DNA of 63,719 nucleotides, from the NCBI GenBank assembly GCA_025201805.1, contig MU619267.1, forward strand, positions 191,250 through 254,968, given 5' to 3'. How positions within the stretch are numbered: the stretch's first letter is position 1; every line of letters begins with the position of its first letter. Below the pieces are notes generated by a model. The model made no database searches and was not told the DNA's origin. It saw nothing but the letters and a program-made list of their open reading frames with translations. A program made the translations under genes and the position numbers. The DNA is from Parasitella parasitica NRRL 2501 (taxonomy: Eukaryota > Fungi > Mucoromycota). Positions 49,912 to 63,465 of the stretch are shown one piece after another.

Positions 49912-52197
49912 TTAATGCACACGAAGTGCTTTAATACTATTTTTTAGAGAATGCCCGTTTTCCTTGCTGCTGCTGTTGCTATTGTTTGATTTTTTACTGG
50001 AGCGTTTGGTGCGATCATTATCTAACGATTTGGGAGTAGCAGGTACTGATTGTCTTTTCAATTTGTTGTCTGAAGAAGGAATAGTGGGTATAGATTTGAA
50101 GGATGGCGGCGGTATGTTTGATGAGGAAGAAGAAGCGGCATATGACATGGGGCGTTTTTTGTTGGAGCTCGTTGGGCTTGTTGGTTCATGCTTGTTACTG
50201 CTGCCGAATAACTTGCCAAAGCGATGGCCCAAGGTGGGCGACAGTTCCTCGGTTGACATCTCCTCTCTTTGCTTAAATGATTGTCGCCGACCATTTGTGC
50301 TGACGCCCATCATTAATCTAGCGGTTCGGCTCTCCCCAGCAGGAAGTCTTTTGCGATAAACGGAGCTCTTTGGTGGCAATTCTCTTTTCAATTTTGGTGT
50401 GGTTGCTATGGAAGTATTAATTTTGGGTCGTCTGCTACTGGTATTGGCTTTGAGTTCAGAAAGGGGCGATCTTTGAGATGCTCGTTTCTGTGAGAGCTTG
50501 TCAACTGTCGATTGGGTAGCTGTTGGTGGCTTCAATTGACGATTTGGTACTTTCAAAACTTGATCTATGCGTAGGGGAACCGTGATAGATCTACTTAGAG
50601 GTTTGCGAGTAAAGTTCTCTTTGCTATCGCCTGAGACAGACTTGTTTTGTATTGATGCCTGGAGTTTGACAGATTTGACGGATCGTAATCTCGGTGCGTT
50701 TGATTCTATGTCTCTTGGATCCTTTAGATCCTCAATAACAGGTTGTAAAATGCAGAGCATTGGAATGCGAGAACCTTGGCTGCGGTAGGAATCAGATATG
50801 GATTGTCTTTTACGGATCACATTGGCGATTTTCTCTTTCACAGGCATGGAGGCAGATACGCTTTTGTCAACTGAAAATGCGGGAACAGGAAGTCTACATT
50901 TGGCAGGATGAGGTGGGGATGAGGGTGGTTTTTCGATCATGATAGTGTCATTATCGCTGTTTACAGTTGCTGTTGTGACGGTAGATAGGGGTAACACAGA
51001 GGATAACCCAGTATCGAAGCAATGCATGTCGTCTCCAGTGTTGAACTCTTTACGATCCAGCATGTTCTCCTGTTCAACATCGTGCATAATATCGGACGGA
51101 TCAGATTCTGATTGAGAGGAAATGTCTTGGTCGATTCGAGTAGCTGGAAACAGCAATTCTGGCTCGTAGTCATTCAAAAATGGATGCTATTGTTTTGTAA
51201 GGAGTTGAGTACAAAGAAAGGGGCTCGGCATTTGTTTGTATTTGTTACCTGTAAAATGCTACTTGCTGATGATCTAGTGCGAGGATCAGGATCAAGACAA
51301 CAGTCTAGCAGATCAACAAGGCGAGAAGGCAAGTCTGGTGGATACTCTGGCTTTCCGTTTTGCAAGATGCGTTCCTTGATCTACATTTGGGTGGGTGCAT
51401 AAGCCTTATTGTTTACACTAGAAAAAAAATTTTTTTCGCTTTGTATACCTCTTCTTCGTCGAGTTTCTCGTCTTCGTAGGGCGCCTTTCCTCCATTCAAC
51501 ACCTCCAAAATGACAATGCCCAACGCCCAAACATCAACTTTGTGATTGACAATCTTTTGTTGAACTAATTCAGGTGACCAAAACAAAACTACCCCAGCTT
51601 CTTCCACACTCGAATCTGCTGCAGGCGAAATAGAAACCACGCCAAAATCACCTATACAAAGGCAGTGAGTATTCCGTTATAGCAAAAGTCTGGCAGAGCA
51701 AATTTACCAATGACAATGGTGTTGCTTCCCTGATCCAAAAAGATGTTGTCACATTTGATATCTCTATGAATATAGCCATGTCCGTGAACTTTGGCTAGTC
51801 CAGATGCAATAGAAGTGATGATGTGAACGAGCTGGCCCACAGTGAGGTGGTGTTCAAACACATACTGTTGCAGTGAGCCGCCTGTGCAAAGCGGCATCAC
51901 CAAAAAGACAAACTCCTGGTGCAAATGAACAGCCAGTAGCTTTAATATGTTGGGATGCACGCATTTGGTCATTGAGTATATCTCGTTCTCCACAAGCTCT
52001 TTGGGCATGACAAACATATCTTCGTACTGATTTTCTTCCACAAGGTATTTTTTAATAGCAACCTGCTTGTTTGTTGCACGCTCGATACATTTATAGACTC
52101 CACCCTGAGCACTGAACCACGTTGGCTCTTTGTCCAGGCCGTAATATATTAAGCCTGGATCTGACGAAAGAACGGGCACTCCATTCACTTGCTGCAT
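49912..52197 (-). CDS. STE20/PAK-like Ser/Thr kinase with N-terminal kinase domain and long basic disordered tail; 4 exons
   Basis: VAIKK, HRDIKCDNI, GDFG, FWSPE, KVDVWALGI and HPFL joined across three GT-AG introns. No CRIB domain seen. Confidence 0.88.
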
Positions 52198-53047
52198 ATT
52201 ATGTTGGAAATAATAAAGAATAAGAGAGAAGGGAGAGAAAAAGGAAAAACGTGTGCATCAAGAGTAAATCCCAACTTGAGCCTATCGGAACGCTAATCCT
52301 TCAATGAGCAAAAAAGAAATGAAGCTCGAGCTAATCTGTATTTATCCTCACCCTGAATGATGCATCAAGACTGTATAGACCATTTAGATACAAGAAGAAG
52401 GGGAGTGTGTATGTGTGTGTGTGTGTGCTTGTGTGTGTGGGAAGGGGTCTTTTTGCCTTTATAATAATATTTCTTTTAATAAAATGTTCATAATCACAGC
52501 ATTTTTTAATTATAGTCATGCCAACTTTTTTTGTATCCGTGATTTGCGTTATCATCTTGGTCGTAAATGCTTGATGTAGCCTCTATCCTATCCTTGGATG
52601 CGATTCTATTTAAATACCAACGAGTCTGCTTGTCAGCACTCTGGAACACATCGAAATATGAAAATACTCCCAACGTTATAGCAATGCTAGAAATGCTTCA
52701 TCTTTCCAGAAATTTGTTGCAAAATTACGCCATACACATACTATGGAATTTTAAAAAGAGAGGCAAAGATTCGATTGCATTGTAAAATACAATTTTGTTT
52801 GCGCCGATAAATATAGAAGTGTGCAATCGAGATGCTGTAGAGTATCATGTATGAAACCATTTAAGTTAAATGTAGATATGATGTGAGAATATAAGGCAGA
52901 AATATATGAATACGCTCTTTGTTCTATGTGCCTTTCGACCTCAACTTCATTCATGCACCATGATGGTTGTGTCGCATAAAAGTATTTTCTGAGGCTATAT
53001 ATAATGGCTGTCTGTTTGGTTTGTTTGAATTTCCCATATAAAAGAGC

Positions 53048-54342
53048 ATGGCATCTCTTCCTGTGCCAGGAATTGAACAGCGACAACAACTTGAAGGCGA
53101 TAGCCCCACAGTACACATTATTACTGATTCGAAAGGCTATATAGAGTCTTCCAATTGTAAAATACGCATGTTCTCTTCTCTATGGCTTCAAAAGCAATGG
53201 AAGTCTGTATTTCACACACCAAAAGGAGTTCGCCCACAACATTTCTTCATTGTAAGTTGGCTTGGAAGGCTAGGTTTCATATCGAAAGGAATCGTCTATG
53301 CTGTCATGGGTGGATTATGCGTTGCCACAGCGCAACATTTAAGAGGGGACATTACCGGGACAGAATCTCCAATGGTTTGTACATTATGCACTCTTTTGAT
53401 ATGAAAAAGTGATTGATTTTTGCTCAGGGCGCGTTCGTTTTTCTTGGCCTTTTTTCTATCGGTACGCCCATTTTGGTAGTAATGTTTATTGGTATACTCT
53501 TTTATTCCATTTGGAGGTTGTATGTGCTCTGTTAAGTCATACAAGAGCTATCATTTATTCATATTTTCATTGTTTAGCTGGGAAGGGTCAACAGGGCAAG
53601 GATACGATGCTCAGCACTCTCATTTTAGCAACTTTTTTCGTGCAAGACTCTCTCCAATTGTATCTGGTATCGTTTATATTGTGTACTTGGTATATATCGG
53701 AAAGCTATTAACACAAACAAGAGGCGAAAGGATGAAAAGTGCTGTACAGTCTACCGGTTGCTTCCCCTCGTGTTGGGCAAGTTCAGATTACTGGGTCTAT
53801 CGAATGGCTGTAGGCGTATTTGGAGTAGCATTTGTAATTGCATTTATAACACAGGCGCAAAATGGGTTCTCCAATAGATGGCATAGAGATTTAAGAGGTG
53901 AAGATCGAAGCAAAGTTGAAAAGTATATGATTTATACTTTAGGGCATTTGGGGTTTCTTGCTCGTGCAGGTGTAATATATGTTTGAATAGTGAGCCGAAT
54001 TGAAATGTTAACGTTTTTACACAAATATACAATTTTTAGGTATTTATGTTTGTGGCTGTGTTCATGTTTAAAACATTACGGCATCCAACGATGGTATCAG
54101 AAAGAGATGCATTTTCTGATGCCATAAATCAAGTCATTAGTGTTCATGGAGGGTTCATTGGCCTCTGGTTTCTGGGTATTGGGCTTATATTGTTTGGTGT
54201 CTTTGCGGTATTGAATGCCTATTATAAATATTTCCCAACACCACCTCCTAGTCGAAACTATGTCTATGATAAAAAATCCGAAATCGAAAACGTATATACA
54301 CCAGGAAATAACGTCGTTGAAAGAGTCGAGAATAATGTGTAG
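53048..54342 (+). CDS. DUF1206-domain membrane protein; 4 exons
   Basis: Repeated motifs LGRLGFISKGIVYAVMG, LGHLGFLARAG and GLILFGVFAVLNAYY, typical of DUF1206. GT-AG introns present. Confidence 0.75.
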
Positions 54343-54345
54343 GTT

Positions 54346-54349
<4 letters not shown>

Positions 54350-54442
<93 letters not shown>

Positions 54443-54452
54443 NNNNNNNNNN

Positions 54453-54487
<35 letters not shown>
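54350..54487. repeat. Very long poly(A) tract with N-gap; similar tracts at ~16121, 20198, 36519, 46006 and 57128
   Basis: Directly visible. Lengths are unreliable where they abut assembly Ns. Confidence 0.8.
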
Positions 54488-54489
<2 letters not shown>

Positions 54490-57123
54490 TTTCATGAGGA
54501 TTACCACCTAAAACTACGAAGCAGTAATATTTTACTATTAGTTAGCTTGGTACATTATGCCTTTAAATTTATTACTAAAACCAAGCACTCATTAAATACT
54601 CTTTACAGTAGCATTACGAAACTCTCATATATGGGCGTCTCTCACGACATATACATAACTAAACCTAACCCTTAAGGAGGCGCATAAAGCTTGAAAATGC
54701 CTTGTAGCGTTGCAAAAGAGGCAGGGGCTGGCAGAGTGAGTTTGCGTCTCAAGAGCTTAATGATTTTGCCAAGAAATAATTATTTGATATTACATATATG
54801 GCCTTTCAGCGAGGAGAAAGCAGTGTTTCTGGGTAGTATATAACTGACTGACAGAATAAGCCAACTCTCAAATATCGATTCATGATATTGAAACATGTCC
54901 AAAAGGTGCCGATCGGGATTAGGTCTTGCTGTTTAATGTATTGAAAATAAGTAATCACTCGCAATGCATTGTGCCCAATATTCACATGAAAAAGTATAAA
55001 TAGTTTAGGAAAATAGATATCTCAGTTTTCAAAAATGATCTATCATTAGAATCAAAATCCCTATAACGACACTTGTAGAAATATATGCAATTTTCAAAAG
55101 TAAGCATTTCGCACACAAACATCAGATTAATTAGAACTTTAAAATATCGGTTCTAATTTACATTTAATAAATGTATATGTTACGGCTTAAAGCAAATAAT
55201 ATGAATAGCTAAATACGAACCATTAATAAAATGGTACAATTTATTTTCTTTTAACAATGACCACATTAATAAATCCTAAAAGTTTTCCAAACAAATACCA
55301 ATAATGTTTGATAAAAATTAGTAAATTAATTTATGTTGGGCACATCAAGGAATGATAATCGCTATCTGAGCATGACTTGGTTTCCACTGGGTAATATCTT
55401 CTTAAAAGTTATGTGCAAGAGCATATTTACTCATAGCTTCTACCGTACTAAAATGATCGTAGAATTATGGTCCAACTTGGAAAACGTAACCTTGACTTGG
55501 GCGCTATGTGGCAACAACATTGGCATCCATGTTTTCGTTGATATCTATTAAATTATCAGATGTTATCACAAATTTATATATCAAATTTGCGTATAATCAA
55601 TGATAGGCTTCCATAAACAGCCAAATTAACACTTTCTTATGCACCGCAAGAACAGGCATGATCATCGCTATTTAAGCATAACTGTTGGGTTAAAAAAGAT
55701 AATAAAAAACCAAATGTTAACGAGATACGAAAACTTAAAGTTATTTAAAATCGAAATTGCATCTGCTATTTATACTTTTTACGACTATATAAATTTATGG
55801 CGGCTTATTTAGATTACTAATTGACTAGACTAATTCACAGTGACAATCTACTTGACAGGGTACAATATGAGGTTATTATACAACAAGGACTACTCTTTGA
55901 TCTGACAGTGCCTTAATCTTTATCCTGGTGCTCAGATATGTGTTACTTACAGGAATAACCTTCTTGATTTGAAACAGAGACTTCATTCTCCAATTTACAC
56001 AAACGTATCACATCACATCACTGGGCAATCTTCAATCTTCAATTGAAGTACATTGCCATGATCTCCTGTCTATGATTTTGGCAGATCAATTTTTTTTTCG
56101 TAAATCTTTCAAATTTACTGCAATAACAATGAGATCCAGAAGATAAAGTAGATTGTATCTACTCCAAATGTCATGTCGTATTATTTTGTGATTTGACGTT
56201 TTACTCTTTAATATAATTTTATTATAGCATATTAACATCTGGGAGAATTGCTACATCAATGCTAATTTAACGTATTATTACGTAAATAATGGAGCAAAAA
56301 AGCATTATATGTTTATTGTAAACCAGCTCTAAGTTTCAATGTAAGTACCGGCATGCTGATTGTCTATGCTAAAATGAAGTGGGAAGATGATTATGTATTT
56401 TCAATTCTGTTTATTTTTTTTTTTTCATTTCTGTTTTTCTCATAAAATCAGGATTAATTTGGCTAAGTCAACCCTAAAATCCTAAAAACAAAAAAACAGG
56501 GTTTCCCCCTGTTTTGATGTTAGGCGGAGCTTGAAATTCGACCAAAAATAGAAATTGGTAGAATTTCAAGGAATACCACCCCTAAACAGCCAAAAAATGC
56601 CTTACCGCACTTCCTAGCTTCGGATAAAATGGCCCATCTCAAGAACTGCTAGAGTAAGCACAGTAGATGAGTAGAAACAGCCTACATGCTCCTGTATGAC
56701 CTGGATAGAGATCTAATGTCAAGTTTCAATGATAGGCTATCCACTTGACATGAAGAGAGAACCAAAACTACAAATGCAAAACAAAAAAGATTTTTCAGTT
56801 AGTAAAAAAGCTCTTACAAAACATAATAAGAAGTGATATTACCTGAAGGAACTACTGCACCAGAAACACACCATCTTTTATATTGTTTTCTTGTGATAGG
56901 TTCTATAAAAAAAAGCAAATGAGAGTGTTAGTTATGTTTATTTTTTAAAAAACGTGGGTAATATTTACTGTTTTTAAAGAAATAAAGCGACTTTACCCAC
57001 AACCAAAGAGGTACAGCGTATAAAACCAGCAGTAATGAACACAAATTCCACGCGTTTGCATTGTAGATATTCAAGCATAAGAGTATATAATAGTAACATA
57101 ATAGCGGAATAGAAGTAAGGAAG

Positions 57124-57155
<32 letters not shown>

Positions 57156-57158
57156 GTG

Positions 57159-57189
<31 letters not shown>

Positions 57190-58080
57190 AAAGGAGGCGT
57201 AGCCATAATTTTTAATACGCCTGTGACCTTATTTTTGCGTGAACAGTAAATGCATGCAAACCAGTAAACAATATAAACTCACAAAACTAAGGTAAAAACT
57301 ATAATCTGGTGCACCAAAGCTAAATGACAAGATAACATTGGTGTTGTGGAATATGATGCTTTTTATGTTTTGAAAATTGGTTGATTGGATGAAAAGTTAT
57401 TTAAATTTAAAGACTTGATGAAAAGAGACAAAATGGAAAAAACAGCTATGTCAAGTCTCATAGTTGTTTTTTAGACTAGTAGTTATGACAGCTAAGTTTG
57501 AATGCATTGTAGCATTCGAATGGCGTACTATAATTGACATGTGGGTTATTTCTCTTGCCTTTACACTGCTCAATACAAACAAGCGAAATTGAGAAATCTG
57601 CGACATACCGCAGTATCACTTTCAAAATATTACGATTATAAGGTATGTTGTGTTTTTTATTGATATTGTATTCAAATATAGAGATTCTGATCTATCTGTT
57701 ATTAATGATTTCTTGAAATAGTAATGATTTTATGCTGATTCATCATGGTATAGTTACCAGCTGTATACCTCAAGGGCCTTTACTTGAGCACGCAGCTGAA
57801 TTTAAAAAACAAGCACATGTTTCTGTTCTGATATGCTTCAGCAATTAGCCAAAAAACCCATTTCGAAACACTTTGATTGCATATTTAATGCTAAATTCAA
57901 CACAAAGTCTTCAAGATGCATAATATGACACATTGATTCAAGAGTTGGTGTGCTCTGGTGTGCTCTGTCTAACTGTGCAAAGATTATAGTGAATTGTATT
58001 GAAAAATAATGAATGAAACTGAAAAGCCGAAATTCTGTTTTTTAGCCCAAAATCCCTAATTTTTGATAGTCTAATGTTTG

Positions 58081-58370
58081 TGTTGTGCCAGAAAGGCATG
58101 AGATTAAGCAATTATTAGATTGGTAATTCTTTGTATACAATGACAAGGAATAAGCTATTAATGTACAGTAGAACATGTAATAAACTTGGTATTACATACC
58201 AAGTTCAATGTTTAACCTGAAAATAGTGTTACAAGTAAGAGATATAATCTAGTATAAAAAGATGGCATTTTCTTATCAATAAAGTCATTAGTTTTTGTGT
58301 CTGATTTTATTTTTATAAAGTTATACATTTTTTTGAGCAGATCATATTTATATATCCTCTGCGCATAACA
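58081..58370 (+). mobile_element. Solo LTR, 290 bp
   Basis: TGTTGTGC...GCATAACA termini, perfect GTTTG TSD (58076-80 and 58371-75), TATAAAAA and AATAAA. A near-identical copy starts at 63466. Confidence 0.9.
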
Positions 58371-58612
58371 GTTTGAGCAAAAATTGCGAAAGACATAGTC
58401 CTACAGCTAATAAATGTTATGCAGTATTCTCTAGGTTTTTATCTTTTTTCTACAATTTAACATTTATTCAGTTCATTGATCGAGTGGAGGAAAAACAACA
58501 AAATATATCGGTAACCACAAGAGCCCTTTTTAAAGGTCGGGTAAAATGCATAACAAAAGCTTTCTTCCCCAATTGATATAGAGATCGAGTTGTTCCCGGA
58601 GTTTAACAGAGC

Positions 58613-59132
58613 TGTTTAGGATACAGATCAAATCTTTATTAGCGGTAATGTATTATACTCTGTATAATACATCATAAAGCGAGCATGAGTAGAAATGCGT
58701 AGTAGAATGGAATGACTTTATTCAGACATGGCAAAGAGACATAAGTGGTGCCATTGAATGGCGGATCTTTATCCCAGTACAAAGTAGTGATATCTTACGA
58801 CATTTGGTTCCTGAGGTCGGTGTTAAATCCTGATGAATGTTCTTCCATCAAAGCTACTAGGAACAACATTCTATTCTTTATACGTATCTATGCTCTTGTC
58901 TTACTGGTAACTCGGAAACTCTTATCCACCAAGCTCCTAGGGATTGGTTCAAGGTGTACCCAATTATCACTCATCCTAGATCATGGTCTTATTGCTGCTG
59001 CGGCACAGTCAAATAACTATAAATACCTTCAAAACATATACTAGTTTAAATTTGCATTCAATCTTGGAATAGCAAAATAAATATATTCAGTTCTAATTGT
59101 ATTTCTCTGTCTATATTTTGTTATTCTAAACA
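58613..59132 (+). mobile_element. Solo LTR, 520 bp
   Basis: TGTTTAGGATA...TATTCTAAACA termini, perfect AGAGC TSD (58608-12 and 59133-37), TATAAATA and AATAAA. Empty site visible at ~1125. Confidence 0.9.
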
Positions 59133-59566
59133 AGAGCAAGCATTGTACAATTATATATAGTCTTTTTTAAGAGAACATCTTTTCCTTTCTTATAGTTTGG
59201 AATAGGTTCTCTTTATATATGGAGGATCGTCTCCGTTTTCCCAATATAAAGCGCACAGCAAAATGTTGTGCTAATGTGTTACTTTAACGTGGTGATAAAG
59301 ACTCTGAATAAAACTCCAATACACAACTGGAGAATTTTATAGACATAAGTGTTGATCAATCATTATCCACCTAACTTGCTATAAAATCAGCAAGATCTTG
59401 TTTTGGCAGTATCTCGACAACTAAAATAGATATTGGAATTTGGAAAGTGTGGTGGTGTGAAGAGAAACAGTTATTGTATACTTTTCTTACAACCCAAATC
59501 CGTACCTAAAAATGACACTGAAGGTTTGCCCAAAGTTGAAAATTGAAAATTGAATATGAGGTTTGG

Positions 59567-59884
59567 TGATGTGTCAATTTCCCAACCGGAAGTCAAACTC
59601 AATTAAATTCAATCCTGAACGCAATTCAGGAACATATCCCAATGGATTATGTTCCTTATTTATAACTCAACAACATGACATGTTCATGGACAACAATAGA
59701 TACAATCTATCGTTCCAGTCTCACTAAATCACACCATGTCTCCTCATACTTGTATCTTATCCTCCCATCAGTTCACTTAGATTCACTAGTATATAAACCA
59801 TCACTTTTTGCATGTAATGAACCAGATCTTTACTTGACTAATTCACAACTGTTTTATTGAATAGTTTCTCATTCCGATAAATCA
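59567..59884 (+). mobile_element. Solo LTR, 318 bp
   Basis: TGATGTGTC...GATAAATCA termini and perfect TTTGG TSD (59562-66 and 59885-89). Empty site GAGGTTTGGGGTCCAAAC seen at ~61363 and, in reverse, at ~428-445. Confidence 0.9.
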
Positions 59885-61189
59885 TTTGGGGTTCAAACAC
59901 ATAGCAAAATCTGAAAAATAGTCAGAAATACATGAGACTCGGATATGTTGTAGAATGGTGCAAAAGAAAAATATTCTAGCTATAAAGATTAAATTTCTAT
60001 TGCTTAATAGTTTTTAAAGTTATTAGAGATTGTAAATTAAACCTTTAAGCGTGGAAAAAGATAATATTTCAGATTAGGTGATATTTATTTAATCCAAAGA
60101 TAAAGGTATACAAAAATGGTTTTTGAGCCCGAATTTTGCAGTATCTCAGCTATCGATTCATATGGAGACATACGCAAGGTACCTGTTAGAATGATGCTTT
60201 GCTCCTCAATTGAAAATAAGTGTTCCAATCATTTACAACAAAAAAAAAAGGCTGTAGATTAAATCTCAGCACTGTGTTTCCATTTGACCCAAACCAGTTT
60301 CGAGCTTTTTTTCGCATCGTTCATTGCTAAATATCTCATAAACACAATAAGTATATCGGGTATGCGAACTAAGTGTTTTATGACAAAAATTAAATTCTGC
60401 ATCCAACCATATATATTACAAGGCTATGGAAACACCTTTTTTTATTACCAATTTTCAAATATTCAAAAAACGCTATTTTTGATAGTTTTTGAGTAAAATC
60501 AAGTATATTTTGAGCACATTCAACTCTATAAAGTTGACCAAACAAACCATCATGTCAATACCTACAAAACAATACCTTATTTACAACTGTAGCTTTATTA
60601 TGTCTGCCAAAAATCAAAATCTTGTCTCGACCAAAATGAATCCACCATTTTCCGGTCCTATGTTTAGAGGGCCAAAATGAAGCCATTCAAAAGGGTAAAA
60701 ATCAATGTCGTTTTTCGAGATTTCCTCGCTCAAAAATTGGTATTTTCAGACCAAACTAAAATCTTTTGGTAGCTATTTTGTAGTTCCATTTTGGTATTGG
60801 CATATCATGTATCTTTAAATACCATTTATTGCTCTGAAAACAGTGAAAATAAATAAAGCTTCTGCTAAAAACATCTGAAAAAAAATTTTTTTTGACATAT
60901 CTATCTAACACTAATACAACTAGCAGAAAACTAAGTTTTAAAAATATTCTGGTAATTACTCAGGCCAAGTTGTCATAGTGGTTTGTAGAGAAATAGGGGG
61001 ACAAAGTTTAACGTAAAAAGACAAAATTGGCTCTAAATTGTCGAATTCGAGCTTTTGTACAACATGTTTAACACCAGTAAGTGTACCCAAATGTGCTTTA
61101 TTACTTTACTTAGGAACGTAAACTTGGTTTAGTTGCAAAATAAGGTACTTGTAATAGGAACATATACTGTAAAATCCGCAAAATCTGAA

Positions 61190-61760
61190 AAATCTAGTTG
61201 TGGTAATATCTCGACAACAAAGATAGATATCGAGAATCGGAAGACGTAGTGAGATACAGTTGCCATAGTAGTATTAGCCTTTATTCTTAGTTTGGACCTC
61301 AAATCCGTACCTAAAAATGACCCTGAAGGTTGACCCAAAGTTGAAAATTGAAAATCGAATCTGAGGTTTGGGGTCCAAACATAGCAAAATCTGAAAAATG
61401 GTCAGTGATGCATGAAACTCGGATATGCTGTAGAAGGACGCAAAAAAATAAGATGTTGGCTGAAGATTGTGTCTTTATCACTTACTAGTTTGTAAAAATA
61501 TCAGAGATTGTAGATTATGCCTTTAAGCGGGGAAAAAGGTGATGCTCATGATTAGGTGGCATTTATTTTAACCTAAACATAAAGCTCATAAAAATAGCCT
61601 TTATATTCATATTTTACAGCATCTTGGGTATCGATTCATGTAAAGACATAACCAGATTGTTTTTGGGGTTCATGCTTTGCTCCTCATTTGAAATAGGTGC
61701 TTCACTGCAATAAAGAGCTGTATTCGCAGTGGTAAATTCAAGCTCAGAAATATGTTTCCA
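61190..61760 (+). repeat. Third, partial copy of family A repeat
   Basis: Direct match to 59400-60300 without the LTR, e.g. CCCAAAGTTGAAAATTGAAAAT and CATAGCAAAATCTGAAAAAT. Confidence 0.85.
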
Positions 61761-62469
61761 TTGCAACTTGCGCACATCCCAAATTTGCATTGCTTACTAT
61801 CTCAAAAAGTAAGTCTAAAATGTTGCATTTGTTTGCTAAATTGATTTATATTTCAAATATTATTTCAATACAATAAGAAGAGACTTGTAATAATTCGCAG
61901 CTTTCAATTGTATCCGAACAATAAAAGAAGTTGCAGTAAATTTGAAAGATTTACGAAATAAAAAAAAAAAAAGTAAAAATAAAAGCGATATGAAATTACA
62001 ATTATAATCAAGTTTGGGGTTCTTTATTATAAAAGTATACTGAGGTTTTATCTAGAGAAAAACATCTTAGTATTTATAGAATTTGAATTGTTGTACTGTA
62101 TATCAGTTCTCATGAATGAAGCATTGATCCTAGAGTCAATGCGTTAATTTGTCGTTGTTTAATTTTAGGTTTTAAGGAGAAGCAAATCATGCTGAATGCT
62201 TTCACCATTGATGGAGATTTGCGTAACATTGATTGGCCGTGTTAGGATGGCTATCGTCATACTTTAGTTATTCTGTTAAAGATATCCTTATCTAGAATGA
62301 TGGGAAAAACTCATTGAATGACGAGCTGCCATAATTGATATCTTTGACATTATTATTCTTATTCTGAATGTCTATTGTGTAAGGGAAAGCACTTTGATCA
62401 GGAGTGTTTTTCTTCACACGACATTCATTGATAAGGTCTTAAATTGTATTTGTAATTCGATTTGATTTA

Positions 62470-62681
62470 TATGACTTAATATCTAAGGCTCGTGTCGAGA
62501 TATAAGTATCAGTCTATAGCGCCATCCATCCTAATGGTGCCGTCTCTAGCTTATATGTTATATAGTACAAATTTTTATTACACATCTTATTATCTGTGCG
62601 CATATGTGGTTTATATCAATTTAAGGTAACTGGATGAATCTAGAAGTGGAATGCAGATCATCATAATGAATGTATTTCACA
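62470..62681 (-). mobile_element. LTR fragment related to 1720-2524
   Basis: Reverse-complement match to 1720-1925, ending at ATTTCACA (62681). The other end is not resolved. Confidence 0.7.
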
Positions 62682-63465
62682 GTATCTATTGTTATTTTTA
62701 CACTTTTTTATTACAAGTGGAATGCAGAGCATTATAGTGGGTGTATAGCACAGTTGCATTAGTTTTTTAGTAATTGATACTGTTCTGGCTTTATTGAATT
62801 ATAGTATTTGAAAAAAAGTAATGGGTGTTGTTAAATAACCAAAAAAAAAAAAAAAAAAATGGGCGTGGTAAATGATTTTGATATTTATCGCAACATCGAC
62901 AAATTGACTTGAATTCACATCTATCATTTCGAATTAATTCAGTTTTATCTGCTTTTATGGTTGTATCCGTAGGCAATAGTAATATTATTAAAAGCTGCAT
63001 AAAAAGAGAACAGAATAGTGTCATGTCAAAATCTGATAAAGTAAATCTACCAAAGAATTACACTTTTATTCATAATACAGCTCTTGATGTATTATATACA
63101 CATTCACTGTACTAGGGCTCTACTGCCTAATTGCATAATGTATAAATTATGACTGCCCATGATTTACTGTAAGACCCTGGGACTGATCTAAGATCTTGAT
63201 GCGAGATCTTGATGTGAGATCTTGCCATGTTATTGTTATAACAAATAGAGTGAGAAAACGTAGATAGAAACAGTTTTTAACATGAGGATTATCTTTATCA
63301 CATATCAAAATTGTATTCATGATTTGCCCTGAAACAAAAACATCAAAAATTGCAAGAGCAAGATCATTTGGAATAGGAAAAAGTGTTTTTAAAGCCTGAA
63401 AACCGATATAGTTTGATGCAGAATTCAAAGGTTGACAAAAAATATTTAACAAAAATAGGCATTGC

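Larger units (their letters stand above)
57660..60300 (+). repeat. Family A repeat, right copy, interrupted by three solo LTRs
   Basis: Colinear inverted match to 250-1719 once the three insertions are removed. Confidence 0.85.

Noticed and set aside
54097-54511. Poly-Lys and poly-Phe ORFs (also at 16019-16411, 20141-20323 and 56928-57206)
   Set aside because: Translations of homopolymer tracts, some spanning N-gaps; tract lengths are probably assembly artefacts.
54660-54680. CTAACCCT, resembling a telomerase RNA template
   Set aside because: Single 8-mer with no supporting structure; expected by chance.
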